Shown piece after piece: positions 43,581 to 53,250 of a stretch of 55,980 bases of DNA. Source of the DNA: Candidatus Zambryskibacteria bacterium RIFCSPHIGHO2_02_FULL_43_14 (GTDB taxonomy: Bacteria > Patescibacteriota > Minisyncoccia > Phycocordibacterales > Zambryskibacteraceae); NCBI GenBank assembly GCA_001825315.1, contig MHVR01000023.1, forward strand, positions 1-55,980, written 5' to 3'. The notes below the pieces were generated by a model, which was given only the letters and a program-made list of their open reading frames with translations, searched no databases and was not told where the DNA came from. Numbering within the stretch: position 1 is the first letter of the stretch; every line of letters starts with the position of its first letter. The translations under genes and the position numbers were made by a program.

Positions 43581-43904
43581 TTGAGTTATAATCTAGAGAT
43601 GCGCATACCGTACTTAGTTCAAGGAGCACTCTTTGGTCCGGCGTTCGTTGGGCTTTCACTTCTCTTGAAAGTGTCATGCCCGACATCGGCTGGCGATGGC
43701 TGTTTCATAGACCATCTCGCTGTGCCTATCTTTTTACCGCTAATTATTGTCTACAAGATTTTTGGAGAGAACTTGATTATAGCTCATGAATTATGGTTTA
43801 TCGTTATATTTTGGGGTCTAGTCGGTCTTTTGATTGGTCTTATATTCGATCTGTATATTCGCCGGTCTCGGTATTTACTCGCACAACATCTCCCTCCTTT
43901 ATAA
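43581..43904 (+). CDS. possible small membrane protein (uncertain)
   Basis: 107 aa with a non-ATG start. Three hydrophobic helices. Its last 65 nt overlap the 3' end of efp convergently, which lowers confidence. Confidence 0.3.
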   Translation: MSYNLEMRIPYLVQGALFGPAFVGLSLLLKVSCPTSAGDGCFIDHLAVPIFLPLIIVYKIFGENLIIAHELWFIVIFWGLVGLLIGLIFDLYIRRSRYLLAQHLPPL

Positions 43905-44433
43905 ACATTGGCACTTGAATCTCTGCTCCAGTCTCGAGTTTTACCATCTTGTTTGCTCCTTGAGCAGTGTTTCCTTTAGTCGCTTCGTGAGCTTCAATAA
44001 CCTTTAACTCCATCTTTATAGGTACTTTAAGTCCTATAATCTTTCCTCGCCTGTTCGAAGCCTCTGACGAAGTCGGGTCATCAAAAAGCATAACGTCCAT
44101 CAAAATATTTGGTTTTAAAAATTTGGCACCCGGGCCGATTATTTCTTCGTCAAGTTTGAAACGTTTTGATGGGTCATTGGCTTCAGAGAACCAGTACTCT
44201 CCCTTGTTGGTGTAGAGATATTTTACTTCTTTCTTATCAATATCTGCCTCCTCGACCTTATCCGAGACGTGAAAAGAGATTTCGGTGATTCTTCCGGTTA
44301 TCAGGTTGCGCAACTTCGTTGCATTTACGGGCTTTCTTTGCTGTTTTCTGAAGACGTGAGAACTAATAACTTCCCAAGGCTCATTTTCAAAAACAATATA
44401 TTTCCGCTCCTTAATCTCGCTATATTCCAGCAT
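43840..44433 (-). CDS. efp: elongation factor P
   Basis: 197 aa. FRKQQRKPVNATKLRNLITG and a three-domain EF-P layout. Confidence 0.9.
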   Translation of the reverse strand: MLEYSEIKERKYIVFENEPWEVISSHVFRKQQRKPVNATKLRNLITGRITEISFHVSDKVEEADIDKKEVKYLYTNKGEYWFSEANDPSKRFKLDEEIIGPGAKFLKPNILMDVMLFDDPTSSEASNRRGKIIGLKVPIKMELKVIEAHEATKGNTAQGANKMVKLETGAEIQVPMFIKEGDVVRVNTETGEYTDRI

Positions 44434-44445
44434 AAAAACATCATT

Positions 44446-45471
44446 CTACGCGTCTTTCAGTTTTTGTCGAATATCTTTGAGAATCTCTCCAGAGACTTTT
44501 TTGTTTTCGCGTAAGAATTGGCGAGTAGCGTCGTAGCCGCGGCCGAGTTTAGTCTCGCCATATTCATACGAATTCCCAGACTTTTTCATGATGCCGAACT
44601 TTTCACCGAGGGCTATCAATTCTCCTTCGCGTGAGATGCCTTCGTTGTACATCAAATCAAACTCCGTCTGTCGAAAAGGCGCGGCCACTTTATTTTTAAC
44701 TACTTTGACTCGCGTGCGTCCACCCATTACTTCATCCCCCTTTTTTATTTGCGCGATGCGACGGATGTCGAGACGCACAGAAGTATAAAATTTAAGTGCT
44801 TTGCCACCGGGAGTGGTTTCTGGATTACCGAACATAACACCAATTTGCATGCGGATTTGATTGATGAAGATGACAATAGTTTTCGATTTCGCTACTATAG
44901 CGGTAAGTTTGCGCAAGGCCTGGCTCATCAGACGCGCCTGCTTGCCGACGTGGTAGGCCCCCATGTCGCCCTCAATTTCGTCTTTAGGAGTAAGAGCGGC
45001 GACAGAGTCTATAACTATCACATCAATTTTTCCCGAACGTACCAGAGAGTCCACAATCTCCAAGGCCTGCTCGCCTGTGTCTGGCTGGGAGATTAAGAGT
45101 TCGTCAATTTTTACTCCAAGACGTTTGGAATACTCTGGGTCCATGGCATGTTCGGCGTCGATGAAAGCACAAATGCCACCAAGTTTCTGAGCTTCAGCAA
45201 TAACGTGAAGTGAGAGAGTTGTTTTGCCTGAAGATTCCGGCCCAAAAATTTCGATAATTCTGCCCCGTGGCAGACCGCCAACACCGAGTGCCGCATCCAG
45301 ACCGATTGAACCAGTCGAGATAGCATCTACGCCTACTTTTGGTTTATCTCCAAGCTTCATGATTGAGTCTTCACCGAATTTTACTCTGATAGCATCCAGA
45401 GTAATATCAATATTTTTCTTCGGCTCGTCGAAACTTTGCGAAGGTGGCTGCTTTGTTTTGGTTTTTGTCAT
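44446..45471 (-). CDS. recA: recombinase RecA
   Basis: 341 aa. [10 protein letters not shown] Walker [37 protein letters not shown]. Confidence 0.95.
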   Translation of the reverse strand: MTKTKTKQPPSQSFDEPKKNIDITLDAIRVKFGEDSIMKLGDKPKVGVDAISTGSIGLDAALGVGGLPRGRIIEIFGPESSGKTTLSLHVIAEAQKLGGICAFIDAEHAMDPEYSKRLGVKIDELLISQPDTGEQALEIVDSLVRSGKIDVIVIDSVAALTPKDEIEGDMGAYHVGKQARLMSQALRKLTAIVAKSKTIVIFINQIRMQIGVMFGNPETTPGGKALKFYTSVRLDIRRIAQIKKGDEVMGGRTRVKVVKNKVAAPFRQTEFDLMYNEGISREGELIALGEKFGIMKKSGNSYEYGETKLGRGYDATRQFLRENKKVSGEILKDIRQKLKDA

Positions 45472-45475
45472 TATG

Positions 45476-45817
45476 TTAATTTAGAACAATCCGCACGCTC
45501 TCTTTTGTCTCGCGACCGAATCTGTCACGGGCCTTTACCGTCATTATACTTAGTCCTGGCGAGACTATCAATTTCTCGCTCCATTTACCATATTCATCTG
45601 TAAATATTTGCCTGTCATTGAGACTAATCCAAGCAATATTGCTTGATCGACCCTCCATAATAATTATAGAACCTTCAACTATCTCATCGTTTTGAGGATT
45701 ATCTATCCAAACTTGTGGGCCGAGGATAAGGAAACGTGCTTGGTACAGAAAATAGACGATAAGCAGTATGAATAAAATAATGAAAAAAGCGTGTTTTGGC
45801 CTAAGGTCGATTTTCAT
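45476..45817 (-). CDS. single-TM protein with small beta-rich ectodomain
   Basis: 113 aa. 4-nt overlap with the ftsK stop. Confidence 0.5.
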   Translation of the reverse strand: MKIDLRPKHAFFIILFILLIVYFLYQARFLILGPQVWIDNPQNDEIVEGSIIIMEGRSSNIAWISLNDRQIFTDEYGKWSEKLIVSPGLSIMTVKARDRFGRETKESVRIVLN

Positions 45818-47991
45818 GAAGTGGTCGTTTCCGTATTTTCTCCACTTACCTCCTCTTCTATACTACCTGCTTCTCTATCTATCACTTCTCGCGGCTTGGC
45901 TCCGAAACCAGCGCCTACCACCCCGCGTTCTTCAAGCATATCCACCAGACGGGCGGCGCGAGCGTAACCAATGCGCAGTTTGCGTTGAAGAAATGAGGTT
46001 GAAGCCTTGCCCGCTTGTACCACAGTGGCTCTCGCTTCTTCATAGAGTTCGTCATCGTCCTCGCTATACGAGTCGTTTTCAAGCGTAGTCGAGAAAATAG
46101 TGTTACTGGTATTTTCACCGGAGAAATTAATTTCATTTTGCAATTCATCAACGTAGGAATCGCTAAGATATTTGGTAACTGCCTTCACTTCTTTCTCCGA
46201 GATGTAGGCTGATTGAATACGGGCCGGTTTTGACATCTCTCCGGATAGAAAGAGCATGTCGCCGGCGCCGAGAAGTTTCTCGGCGCCGGCCGTGTCGAGG
46301 ATAGTACGCGAATCGATCTGTGAGGATACTTGCAGGGCGATGCGTGCTGGAATATTGGCTTTAATCAATCCGGTGATAATGTTAACTGACGGTCTTTGTG
46401 TGGAGAGGATGAGATGAATTCCCACTGCGCGACTCATCTGCGCCAGACGCACTACGGCGGCCTCAAGTTCTCGCGGGTAGGACTGCATCAAGTCGGCTAA
46501 TTCATCTATGATGATAACGATAAAAGGCATCTGGTCATTATCTTTGCCTGTGGGTCTGGACAGGACACTTTGATGATATGAATCAATGTCTCGCACACTA
46601 TTTTTTTCGAGAATATCATAACGACGATCCATTTCTTTGGCGACCCATTTAAGGGCGAGAATGGCTTTCTTAGGGTCGGTGATCACAGGCGTCAAGAGAT
46701 GCGGGATGCTGTTGTACATTGTTAACTCGACACGTTTCGGATCTATCATCATGAATTTTAGGTTCTCAGGTGGATTTCTATAGAGAAGCGAAGTGACTAT
46801 GGCGTGAATGGTTACAGATTTTCCGGAACCAGTGGCGCCAGCAATCAGGAGATGTGGCATCCTAGCCAAGTTTGTGAAGTGCGATCGGCCGGAAATATCC
46901 CGGCCGAGCGAAATCAGTAGTGGCAAGGCGCTTCGAGAGTATTCTTCGTCGGAAACAAGTGAACCAAGACCGATAGTGGATTTAAGCGTGTTAGGCACTT
47001 CAATGCCGACCAAGGATTTTCCGGGTATTGGTGCTTCAATGCGTACTGGATGTGCCGCCAATGCCAACTCAAGATTATTTTGTAACCCGATAATTTTAGA
47101 AAGTTTGACGCCCTCGGCCGGCTTCAGAGCATAACGAGTGACAGATGGGCCGATTGAGATTTCATCCATTTCGACCACGATACCGAAATTAAGAAGCGTA
47201 CGCTTAATCAAGTTAGCGTTTGCTTTAATGTCTCCAACACCAGGTTTACCGCGATCCCCTTCCAAGAGAGAGAGTGGGGGAGGAGTCCAGCGTTTGCCGC
47301 TTCGGCGCGTGATTATCGGCATAAATCCCTCGTTGTCTTCCTTCTTGCTTTTTGTTTCTTGTCTCGTATCTTGTTGTTGGTTGTAGGTTGTAGGTTGTTG
47401 GTTGTTTTCAACTTTTTCTACCGCTTTCTCAATGGCGGCGTCTTCAGTAGGGGCCAAGACGGCGCTGGCTTCTTTCCGAAGAAAGAGTCTTTTCAAAAAC
47501 GCGAAAGCATCGAATTTTATAGAAGCGTTAAAGATAACCAAGATCGAAACTATTAGTAGTGCTATCAATATAACCATGCTCAAGTAGACGTCAAAAAATG
47601 AGGCTAATGGTCTGGAGATAAAATTGCCAATGATACCGCCTCGAACGGAAAAAAGATTAACGAGGCCAAGTGATGAGAGGAAAAGAATAAAAGAACCAAA
47701 GACTTGATGTATGGCAAATTCTCGTTCTTGCTTTTGGAGAAACGATACGGCCAGTATGAGAGATACTGTGGGTAAAAGATAGTAACCTATGCCAAAGAGA
47801 TAGGAAAGTCCTTCATAAGTAATGGTACCCACTCGACCAGAAAGATCAAATGCTCCCAGAAGAAGGAATATAGCCAACACTATCGAAAATATGCCAAATA
47901 TGGCATGTGCTGTTTCTCTGGAGGTCAGTTTGAAAATTGATAAACTACTCTCATCCCAGTCTCTATCTCGCTTTTTCCGGTTTTTTGCCAT
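45814..47991 (-). CDS. ftsK: DNA translocase FtsK/SpoIIIE
   Basis: 725 aa. N-terminal TMs, Q/N-rich linker, GATGSGKS Walker A, IIIDELADLM, C-terminal gamma wHTH (LQRKLRIGYARAARLVDMLEERGVVG). Confidence 0.93.
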   Translation of the reverse strand: MAKNRKKRDRDWDESSLSIFKLTSRETAHAIFGIFSIVLAIFLLLGAFDLSGRVGTITYEGLSYLFGIGYYLLPTVSLILAVSFLQKQEREFAIHQVFGSFILFLSSLGLVNLFSVRGGIIGNFISRPLASFFDVYLSMVILIALLIVSILVIFNASIKFDAFAFLKRLFLRKEASAVLAPTEDAAIEKAVEKVENNQQPTTYNQQQDTRQETKSKKEDNEGFMPIITRRSGKRWTPPPLSLLEGDRGKPGVGDIKANANLIKRTLLNFGIVVEMDEISIGPSVTRYALKPAEGVKLSKIIGLQNNLELALAAHPVRIEAPIPGKSLVGIEVPNTLKSTIGLGSLVSDEEYSRSALPLLISLGRDISGRSHFTNLARMPHLLIAGATGSGKSVTIHAIVTSLLYRNPPENLKFMMIDPKRVELTMYNSIPHLLTPVITDPKKAILALKWVAKEMDRRYDILEKNSVRDIDSYHQSVLSRPTGKDNDQMPFIVIIIDELADLMQSYPRELEAAVVRLAQMSRAVGIHLILSTQRPSVNIITGLIKANIPARIALQVSSQIDSRTILDTAGAEKLLGAGDMLFLSGEMSKPARIQSAYISEKEVKAVTKYLSDSYVDELQNEINFSGENTSNTIFSTTLENDSYSEDDDELYEEARATVVQAGKASTSFLQRKLRIGYARAARLVDMLEERGVVGAGFGAKPREVIDREAGSIEEEVSGENTETTTS

Positions 47992-48070
47992 AGCAATAAA
48001 ATTGTTTTCCTAATGATAACACATAGATTGAACGGTTTTTTGCCAAAACAATTGCGCTTATTAACAAATA

Positions 48071-48185
48071 GACAGAGTTGCAATATTTGTCCCTTAATTC
48101 CATAATATACTTGAATGAGTTTGTTTGTGATAAAGGACAGAACATGTTAGAGTAAAAGGACAGATTATAAGGGACGCCAGACAGA
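48071..48185 (+). repeat. phased GACAGA / AAAGGACAGA direct repeats upstream of the wHTH gene
   Basis: GACAGA at 48071, 48136, 48159 and 48180, with the last three spaced 23 and 21 nt apart. Extended AAAGGACAGA at 48132-48141 and 48155-48164. Confidence 0.7.
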
Positions 48186-48208
48186 CATAACAGACAAAAT
48201 GTAGTGAT

Positions 48209-48808
48209 ATGTCAGAACTTATCAAAAAGCCAGAGAAGCTAGCGTCTGCCATATATTTGGTCACAAGCTTTTTTGATGACCAAGAACCGCTGAAATGGAG
48301 ACTTAGAACTTTATCCACCGATCTAGTTTCCGAAAAGATAAGAGACAAATCTAGCATAGCTGTGGAAGCGTTGTCTCTTTTCTTCATAGCCAAGACTGCT
48401 GGTCTGATTTCTGAAACAAATTACGATATTTTAATCAGCGAATTATTAAGATTGAAACAGGAAGCAGAAAAATCTTTGAACATAACGTCTCTTCGTGAGA
48501 TAACCACGGACAGGGGAATTTTGTCCGAACCGCAGAAAATCGGATACTTAAAGGACAGTTCTGCCGATAAGCTTGCCGAGAAGTCGAGATTAAAAGAATT
48601 TGGAGCTGTCTCAGTGAAAAAGAATAGTCGCCAGAGTATCATTATTGCTATTCTAAAACGTAAGAAAGAGGTCATGATAAAGGACATTTCTCCCTTAATT
48701 AGTGGTTGTAGTGAAAAGACGATTCAGCGTGAGCTTTCGGCTATGGTGCGGGCAGGCATCTTGAGAAAGGTGGGGGAGAAGCGCTGGAGTCGTTACTTTC
48801 TTGCCTAG
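48209..48808 (+). CDS. putative transcriptional regulator (helical N-terminal domain + C-terminal winged HTH)
   Basis: 199 aa. C-terminus RQSIIIAILKRKKEVMIKDISPLISGCSEKTIQRELSAMVRAGILRKVGEKRWSRY is DeoR/MarR-type wHTH. Confidence 0.65.
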   Translation: MSELIKKPEKLASAIYLVTSFFDDQEPLKWRLRTLSTDLVSEKIRDKSSIAVEALSLFFIAKTAGLISETNYDILISELLRLKQEAEKSLNITSLREITTDRGILSEPQKIGYLKDSSADKLAEKSRLKEFGAVSVKKNSRQSIIIAILKRKKEVMIKDISPLISGCSEKTIQRELSAMVRAGILRKVGEKRWSRYFLA

Positions 48809-49032
48809 CCGAAGTTTTAGTGTAGGGTGGCCTTGCCTAATAGTCATAAAGTGTGTAATATGTGGTTATCCACAGCGCATTACAATGCTTTTTGCAGGAT
48901 ATCCTTTATAATTTAAAGGCTTGCCAGCAAAGGCGTTATCCGTTGTTGGCAAAATTAATACCCGCGACGCAACCCCGCCAATTATTTAGAAATATTGGGG
49001 AAGCGTATGCGCATTAGAAAATAAATTAACAA

Positions 49033-51018
49033 ATGACAAAACAAAGAATTGCAAAGATTGCCGGAATTGCAGTAGGTGCAACTGTTGCCTTTGGCTCTTT
49101 AGTGCCAATGGTAGGCGCTGTAACGATCGCTGAACTCCAGGCTCAAATCAATGCACTTATGGCACAACTCGCTTCTCTTCAAGGAGGATCTGTGTCTACA
49201 GGGATGACTGCTTGCACATTCACACGTAGTTTGACCATAGGTTCAACTGGCGCTGATGTTACGTGCTTGCAGAATTATCTAACTGGTACCGGCCACTTCA
49301 CCTTTAGTGGTGGATCAACCGGGTACTTCGGTTCTGTTACTCAAGCAGCAGTAGCGGCTTGGCAAGCAGCCAATGGCATTGCTCCAGCAGTAGGTTATTT
49401 CGGTCCTATTTCACAGGCGAGATACAGTGCTGTTGCTGTGACGACTGTTCCAGGGACGACTGTTCCAGGGACGACTATACCTGGTGGCACAGTTGGTCTT
49501 AGTACTCCTGGTGTAGAAGGCACCGTTACTGTTTCTCTCAATCCGTCTCCCGCTTCAGCAAAGCTGTATGAAGGAGATTCAAACAAAGATGTTCTCGGCA
49601 TCAAACTTGAAGCCAAGACCTCTGACATCAGGATTGAAAGAATCAAATTGAAGCTTGATGAGAATGACACTACATCAACTTCAGACACAGACTTCTACAG
49701 GAAGATTGCTAGTAGGGTCTACATCAAGGACGGTTCAGCCGTGCTTGGTTCTGCAGATCTCAACATCAATACTGTAGTCAAGGATGGTACGAGTTACTAC
49801 ATCACAGTTGCAGGTTTGGGTTTCATTGTTCCTAAAAATACAACGAAAGTTCTCACCGTTGCTCTTGACGCTATGAGCGCTTGGGACGACACATTCAACG
49901 GCGATGCTTGGACTGTTACCGTTCCTGTAGACGGTGTTCGCGGAGTGGACGGCGCAGCTGTGAACCAATACGGTCCGGCTACCGCCTTCAACCGCGACTT
50001 CACTTCCAATGGTGAACTTGCGGAAAGCGCTACTCTGGCAGTTTCCCTCAATTCTGGTAGCTCACTCGCTAACCAGGTTATCTGTACTTCAAGTACGGAT
50101 GAAGATGAGTGTGATGAACTCGAGCTCATGAAAGTTGATTTCAAGGCCGAGAAAGACGATGTTACTCTTACCGACCTCGTAGTTGACATCAACATGACCG
50201 GTGGTGACACAGCCACAGCAACTACCGCTTGGCTATATGACGGCTCTACTCTCGTAGGTTCGGCAACCATTGTCGAACTCACGGGTGCAAACAGTGCCAC
50301 CTTCGATGACATAGACTTTGTCGTTCCGAAGGATATGACCAAAACCCTTTCGGTCAAGGTTGATATCCGGGACACAGATGCCACTACTAATAGCTTTGCA
50401 GCTGACATTGACACCGATGACGTTACTGCCGAGAATGCACAAGGCACAGGCATTACCGAATCCGGTTCTGCAGCTGGTAGGGTTATTGAGGTCAGAAAGG
50501 TTGGTCCCCAGATTACTCTGGTTTCCAAGTCGATTACTACCGACGGTGTTCCACAAAACGACACTGGTCCAACCAGTGCAAACAGAAGCACCTCTACTTT
50601 GAGTGCGACCTTCAATCTCAAGATTAAGGCAGTGGGAGGCGACCTCACTTTCGGTAGGGGTGGTTCTAGTACGTCTCTCTTCGCAACTACCACAGGTTCC
50701 TTCGCTATCTACCGCAACGGTACTTACGACGGCACAATCGGTAGCTCCGCTACTTCGACTTCGTACACTATTCCTTCCGCCTGTACTTCAGTCGGTACGC
50801 AAAGCTGTACGTTGGCCGAAGGTGCTGAAGTCACTATCCCTGTCACCTTCCAGATTCTTGGTAGGCAGGTAGTTACGGGCAGCACTCTAACTGTTGGTAG
50901 TCTCTATGCTGTTGGTTTCGAAGGATTCACTTGGCATTCAGCAGCTGCTGATACCCAAAGGACTACCTTCATGGCTACGAGCACAGACTGGAGAACAGCT
51001 GACGTTTCCTTCCCGTAA
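49033..51018 (+). CDS. secreted cell-surface protein with N-terminal peptidoglycan-binding domain and long Thr/Ser/Gly/Val-rich beta region (S-layer-like)
   Basis: 661 aa. Signal/anchor, coiled coil, PG_binding_1-like block (GSTGADVTCLQNYL...GYFGSVTQAAVAAWQAANGI...GYFGP), VPGTT repeats, then low-complexity beta sequence. Confidence 0.7.
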   Translation: MTKQRIAKIAGIAVGATVAFGSLVPMVGAVTIAELQAQINALMAQLASLQGGSVSTGMTACTFTRSLTIGSTGADVTCLQNYLTGTGHFTFSGGSTGYFGSVTQAAVAAWQAANGIAPAVGYFGPISQARYSAVAVTTVPGTTVPGTTIPGGTVGLSTPGVEGTVTVSLNPSPASAKLYEGDSNKDVLGIKLEAKTSDIRIERIKLKLDENDTTSTSDTDFYRKIASRVYIKDGSAVLGSADLNINTVVKDGTSYYITVAGLGFIVPKNTTKVLTVALDAMSAWDDTFNGDAWTVTVPVDGVRGVDGAAVNQYGPATAFNRDFTSNGELAESATLAVSLNSGSSLANQVICTSSTDEDECDELELMKVDFKAEKDDVTLTDLVVDINMTGGDTATATTAWLYDGSTLVGSATIVELTGANSATFDDIDFVVPKDMTKTLSVKVDIRDTDATTNSFAADIDTDDVTAENAQGTGITESGSAAGRVIEVRKVGPQITLVSKSITTDGVPQNDTGPTSANRSTSTLSATFNLKIKAVGGDLTFGRGGSSTSLFATTTGSFAIYRNGTYDGTIGSSATSTSYTIPSACTSVGTQSCTLAEGAEVTIPVTFQILGRQVVTGSTLTVGSLYAVGFEGFTWHSAAADTQRTTFMATSTDWRTADVSFP

Positions 51019-51078
51019 TCCTTCTAAGGATTGCTAAGGTCTACGCCCTAGTCGTAGAAACCCCTCGACAAAGCTCGG

Positions 51079-51120
51079 GGTAAATCAAAAAACCGCCTTC
51101 AGGCGGTTTTTTGATTTACC
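51079..51120. terminator. bidirectional intrinsic terminator (19-bp perfect stem)
   Basis: GGTAAATCAAAAAACCGCC-ttca-GGCGGTTTTTTGATTTACC. Confidence 0.8.
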
Positions 51121-51267
51121 CAGCGTAGCTTTTTTTGACCCTCCGTAACCTTGTGCGAAGGGAGTAGCGAAGTTGGGTTGTCCACAGATTGTTTATTTTT
51201 TTATGGAGAACTGTGGGATAATTGTCATGTTAGTAGTGTAAATAAATAATAATAATTTAAGTTAAAT

Positions 51268-51699
51268 ATGAATTTAGTTAATAATGAAAGGATGACAAAA
51301 ATAATTTCCGTCGTCCTTTCTGTAGTATTTGGAGTTTTGTTTGTCTCGCTCGTAGCGAATGCTGTGACAACCATCAGTACGGCTATTACCACGGCGGGTG
51401 ATATTACTACCACTGCCGGAGCTCTTTCTGTCGGAGGGATTTCGACTCTGACGGGAGATGTTACTATGGGTGGTGGCAATGGAGCTCTTTCTCTTACAAC
51501 CACTAATTCTGCAACCTCAACCATTACCGTTGGTTGTATTCTGACATATCCGACCTCTACGGACACACAAGTTCATCTCGAGTTCCATGCTTCTGGGACG
51601 GCCACCGTTGCATTCGCCACTTCGAGCAACAGTAGTAACGGTCTTGCAGCAGGATTAGTCATCTGGAAGTATGGTGCTTGCCCAACTGCGCCGTTCTAA
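51268..51699 (+). CDS. secreted/anchored small Thr/Gly-rich protein
   Basis: 143 aa. N-terminal hydrophobic segment then a T/S/G/A-rich region. Confidence 0.55.
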   Translation: MNLVNNERMTKIISVVLSVVFGVLFVSLVANAVTTISTAITTAGDITTTAGALSVGGISTLTGDVTMGGGNGALSLTTTNSATSTITVGCILTYPTSTDTQVHLEFHASGTATVAFATSSNSSNGLAAGLVIWKYGACPTAPF

Positions 51700-51718
51700 T
51701 CCTGATTAATTCTAACTC

Positions 51719-52318
51719 ATGAAAAAATTATTACTTTCGGGTTCGATTGTGGCGTTACTTCTGCCAGCACTTGCTTTCGCCGCTTATAACGATGTCTCCA
51801 TGGACACTACGGTTGTCCTCACCGTTAATAGCATTACTCTGAATGTTTCCGGTTCAGCATCAACAATCGAGTCTCTCGTCATCAATCCCACCACCTTCGT
51901 AGTCACCATTAAAAACGGCTCATCGTTCCAAGTAACTGCCCCAGGTCGTGAGAGTTTGAGCGCGGATACCGGACAAGGGCAAAATGTAAACACCTGCAAT
52001 GGCACAGAGTCGAAGCTTGGTTATAATCTCTCTGGAACGAGTGATACGGTTACCGTGACTATTGCGCCCTCGACTACACTTTGCGCCGACGTGGCTGAAG
52101 TTGGTTCTTCATCCAAAAGTGATGGGTCGGGAGGTGGGGGAGGCACTCCAGCCCCACAAGCCTCGCCTGTTGCTCAGTTGGTAACGACTACTGATTTCTC
52201 TTCCTGGACCCCGGCTCAAAAACAAGCAGCCATAGCTCAAATACGCGCGGCCCTCATTCCACTAATCCAGCAACTTATTGTTCTCATTCAGCAACAGATA
52301 GCATCTGGAAATTATTAG
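51719..52318 (+). CDS. secreted protein with C-terminal Gln-rich helix
   Basis: 199 aa. Signal peptide ending ALAFA-AY, beta-rich middle, poly-Gly linker, helical tail. Confidence 0.6.
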   Translation: MKKLLLSGSIVALLLPALAFAAYNDVSMDTTVVLTVNSITLNVSGSASTIESLVINPTTFVVTIKNGSSFQVTAPGRESLSADTGQGQNVNTCNGTESKLGYNLSGTSDTVTVTIAPSTTLCADVAEVGSSSKSDGSGGGGGTPAPQASPVAQLVTTTDFSSWTPAQKQAAIAQIRAALIPLIQQLIVLIQQQIASGNY

Positions 52319-52340
52319 GAGAGTATTCCTTGTTTATAAC

Positions 52341-52370
52341 AAAAACCCCGCCTCTGGCGGGGTTTTTGTT
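52341..52370 (+). terminator. rho-independent terminator
   Basis: AAAAACCCCGCC-tct-GGCGGGGTTTTTGTT. Confidence 0.8.
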
Positions 52371-52381
52371 ACTTACAATTT

Positions 52382-53100
52382 CCGCAAGTCTGACTTGCGG
52401 GTTATAATGTAAATATGAGAATTGAACCCTATACAACTGATTCCATTATTCATGTTATAAAACGCGGGGCACGAGGAATGGATATTGTGATGGATGATGT
52501 CGACAGATGGCGATTTGTGAAATCTTTATTCATTTTGAATGATGTTTATAGTAATCATGATTGGCATAGGGAAACAGTTAACTTGTCACTTTTTGATCGT
52601 CCCGAGAATTGGCCAGAGCGAGACCCGCTTACCAGAATTCTGACCTGGGTGCTTATGCCAAATCATTTCCACCTTTTATTGCAAGAAAAAGTGGAAGGAG
52701 GCACTGCCAAATTTATGCAGCGTCTTTGTGGAAGTATGTCTCTTTGCTTTAATCTTAAATATGAGAATAAGGGGAGTATTTTCCAAGGAGCGTATAAAGC
52801 TATAGTTGTAGACAATGACTCTTATTTAAGACATTTACTGTTCTACATTCAGGTGAAAAATGTATTGGAACTTTATCCAGGAGGACTTACGATGGCTCTG
52901 GAGAATTTCGATAAAGCCTGGAGTTGGGCTATAAACTATCAATTTTCCAGCTTACCTTCTTATGTATCCAGTACAAAATCTCCTATTATTGATGATACTG
53001 GAAAATTTATAGCGAGGATTCACAGACAGGCATTATCAAAACAAGATGCTCATAAGATGCTTGAGTTGTACGTAAAAAATCCCGCAAGTCAGACTTGCGG
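52382..53100 (+). mobile_element. IS200/IS605-type or REP-associated (RayT-like) Y1 transposase unit bounded by 19-nt palindromes
   Basis: CCGCAAGTCTGACTTGCGG at 52382-52400 and CCGCAAGTCAGACTTGCGG at 53082-53100 bracket a single HUH/Y1 ORF. Confidence 0.65.
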
Positions 53101-53122
53101 AAAAGAGTTGTCCACAATCTAA
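52415..53122 (+). CDS. HUH-Y1 tyrosine transposase (IS200-like / RayT-like)
   Basis: 235 aa. WVLMPNHFHLLLQE (HUH) and a later FYIQ..N block with a candidate catalytic Tyr. TATAAT at 52403-52408 lies 6 nt before the ATG, suggesting a leaderless transcript. Confidence 0.7.
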   Translation: MRIEPYTTDSIIHVIKRGARGMDIVMDDVDRWRFVKSLFILNDVYSNHDWHRETVNLSLFDRPENWPERDPLTRILTWVLMPNHFHLLLQEKVEGGTAKFMQRLCGSMSLCFNLKYENKGSIFQGAYKAIVVDNDSYLRHLLFYIQVKNVLELYPGGLTMALENFDKAWSWAINYQFSSLPSYVSSTKSPIIDDTGKFIARIHRQALSKQDAHKMLELYVKNPASQTCGKELSTI

Positions 53123-53250
53123 GCATTTTTGTTGATAACAAGTATGTTGTCTAGTTTATAATCAAACAATGCGTTATTTTGATAAGACCTTTTTCAAATT
53201 TCTTTTCGGGTTCTTATGCTTAATTTCTTTGAGTATCGCGGTAATCGCCT

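Noticed and set aside
48863-53116. DnaA-box-like 9-mers: TTATCCACA within TGTGGTTATCCACA (48863-48876), TTGTCCACA at ~51179 and ~53108, and inverted TGTGGGATAA at ~51209. Possible oriC.
   Set aside because: About 0.4 perfect boxes are expected by chance in 56 kb, and one-mismatch boxes are common. The boxes are spread over 4 kb rather than clustered next to an AT-rich unwinding element, and no dnaA or dnaN is nearby. This is insufficient to call an origin without genome-wide GC skew.
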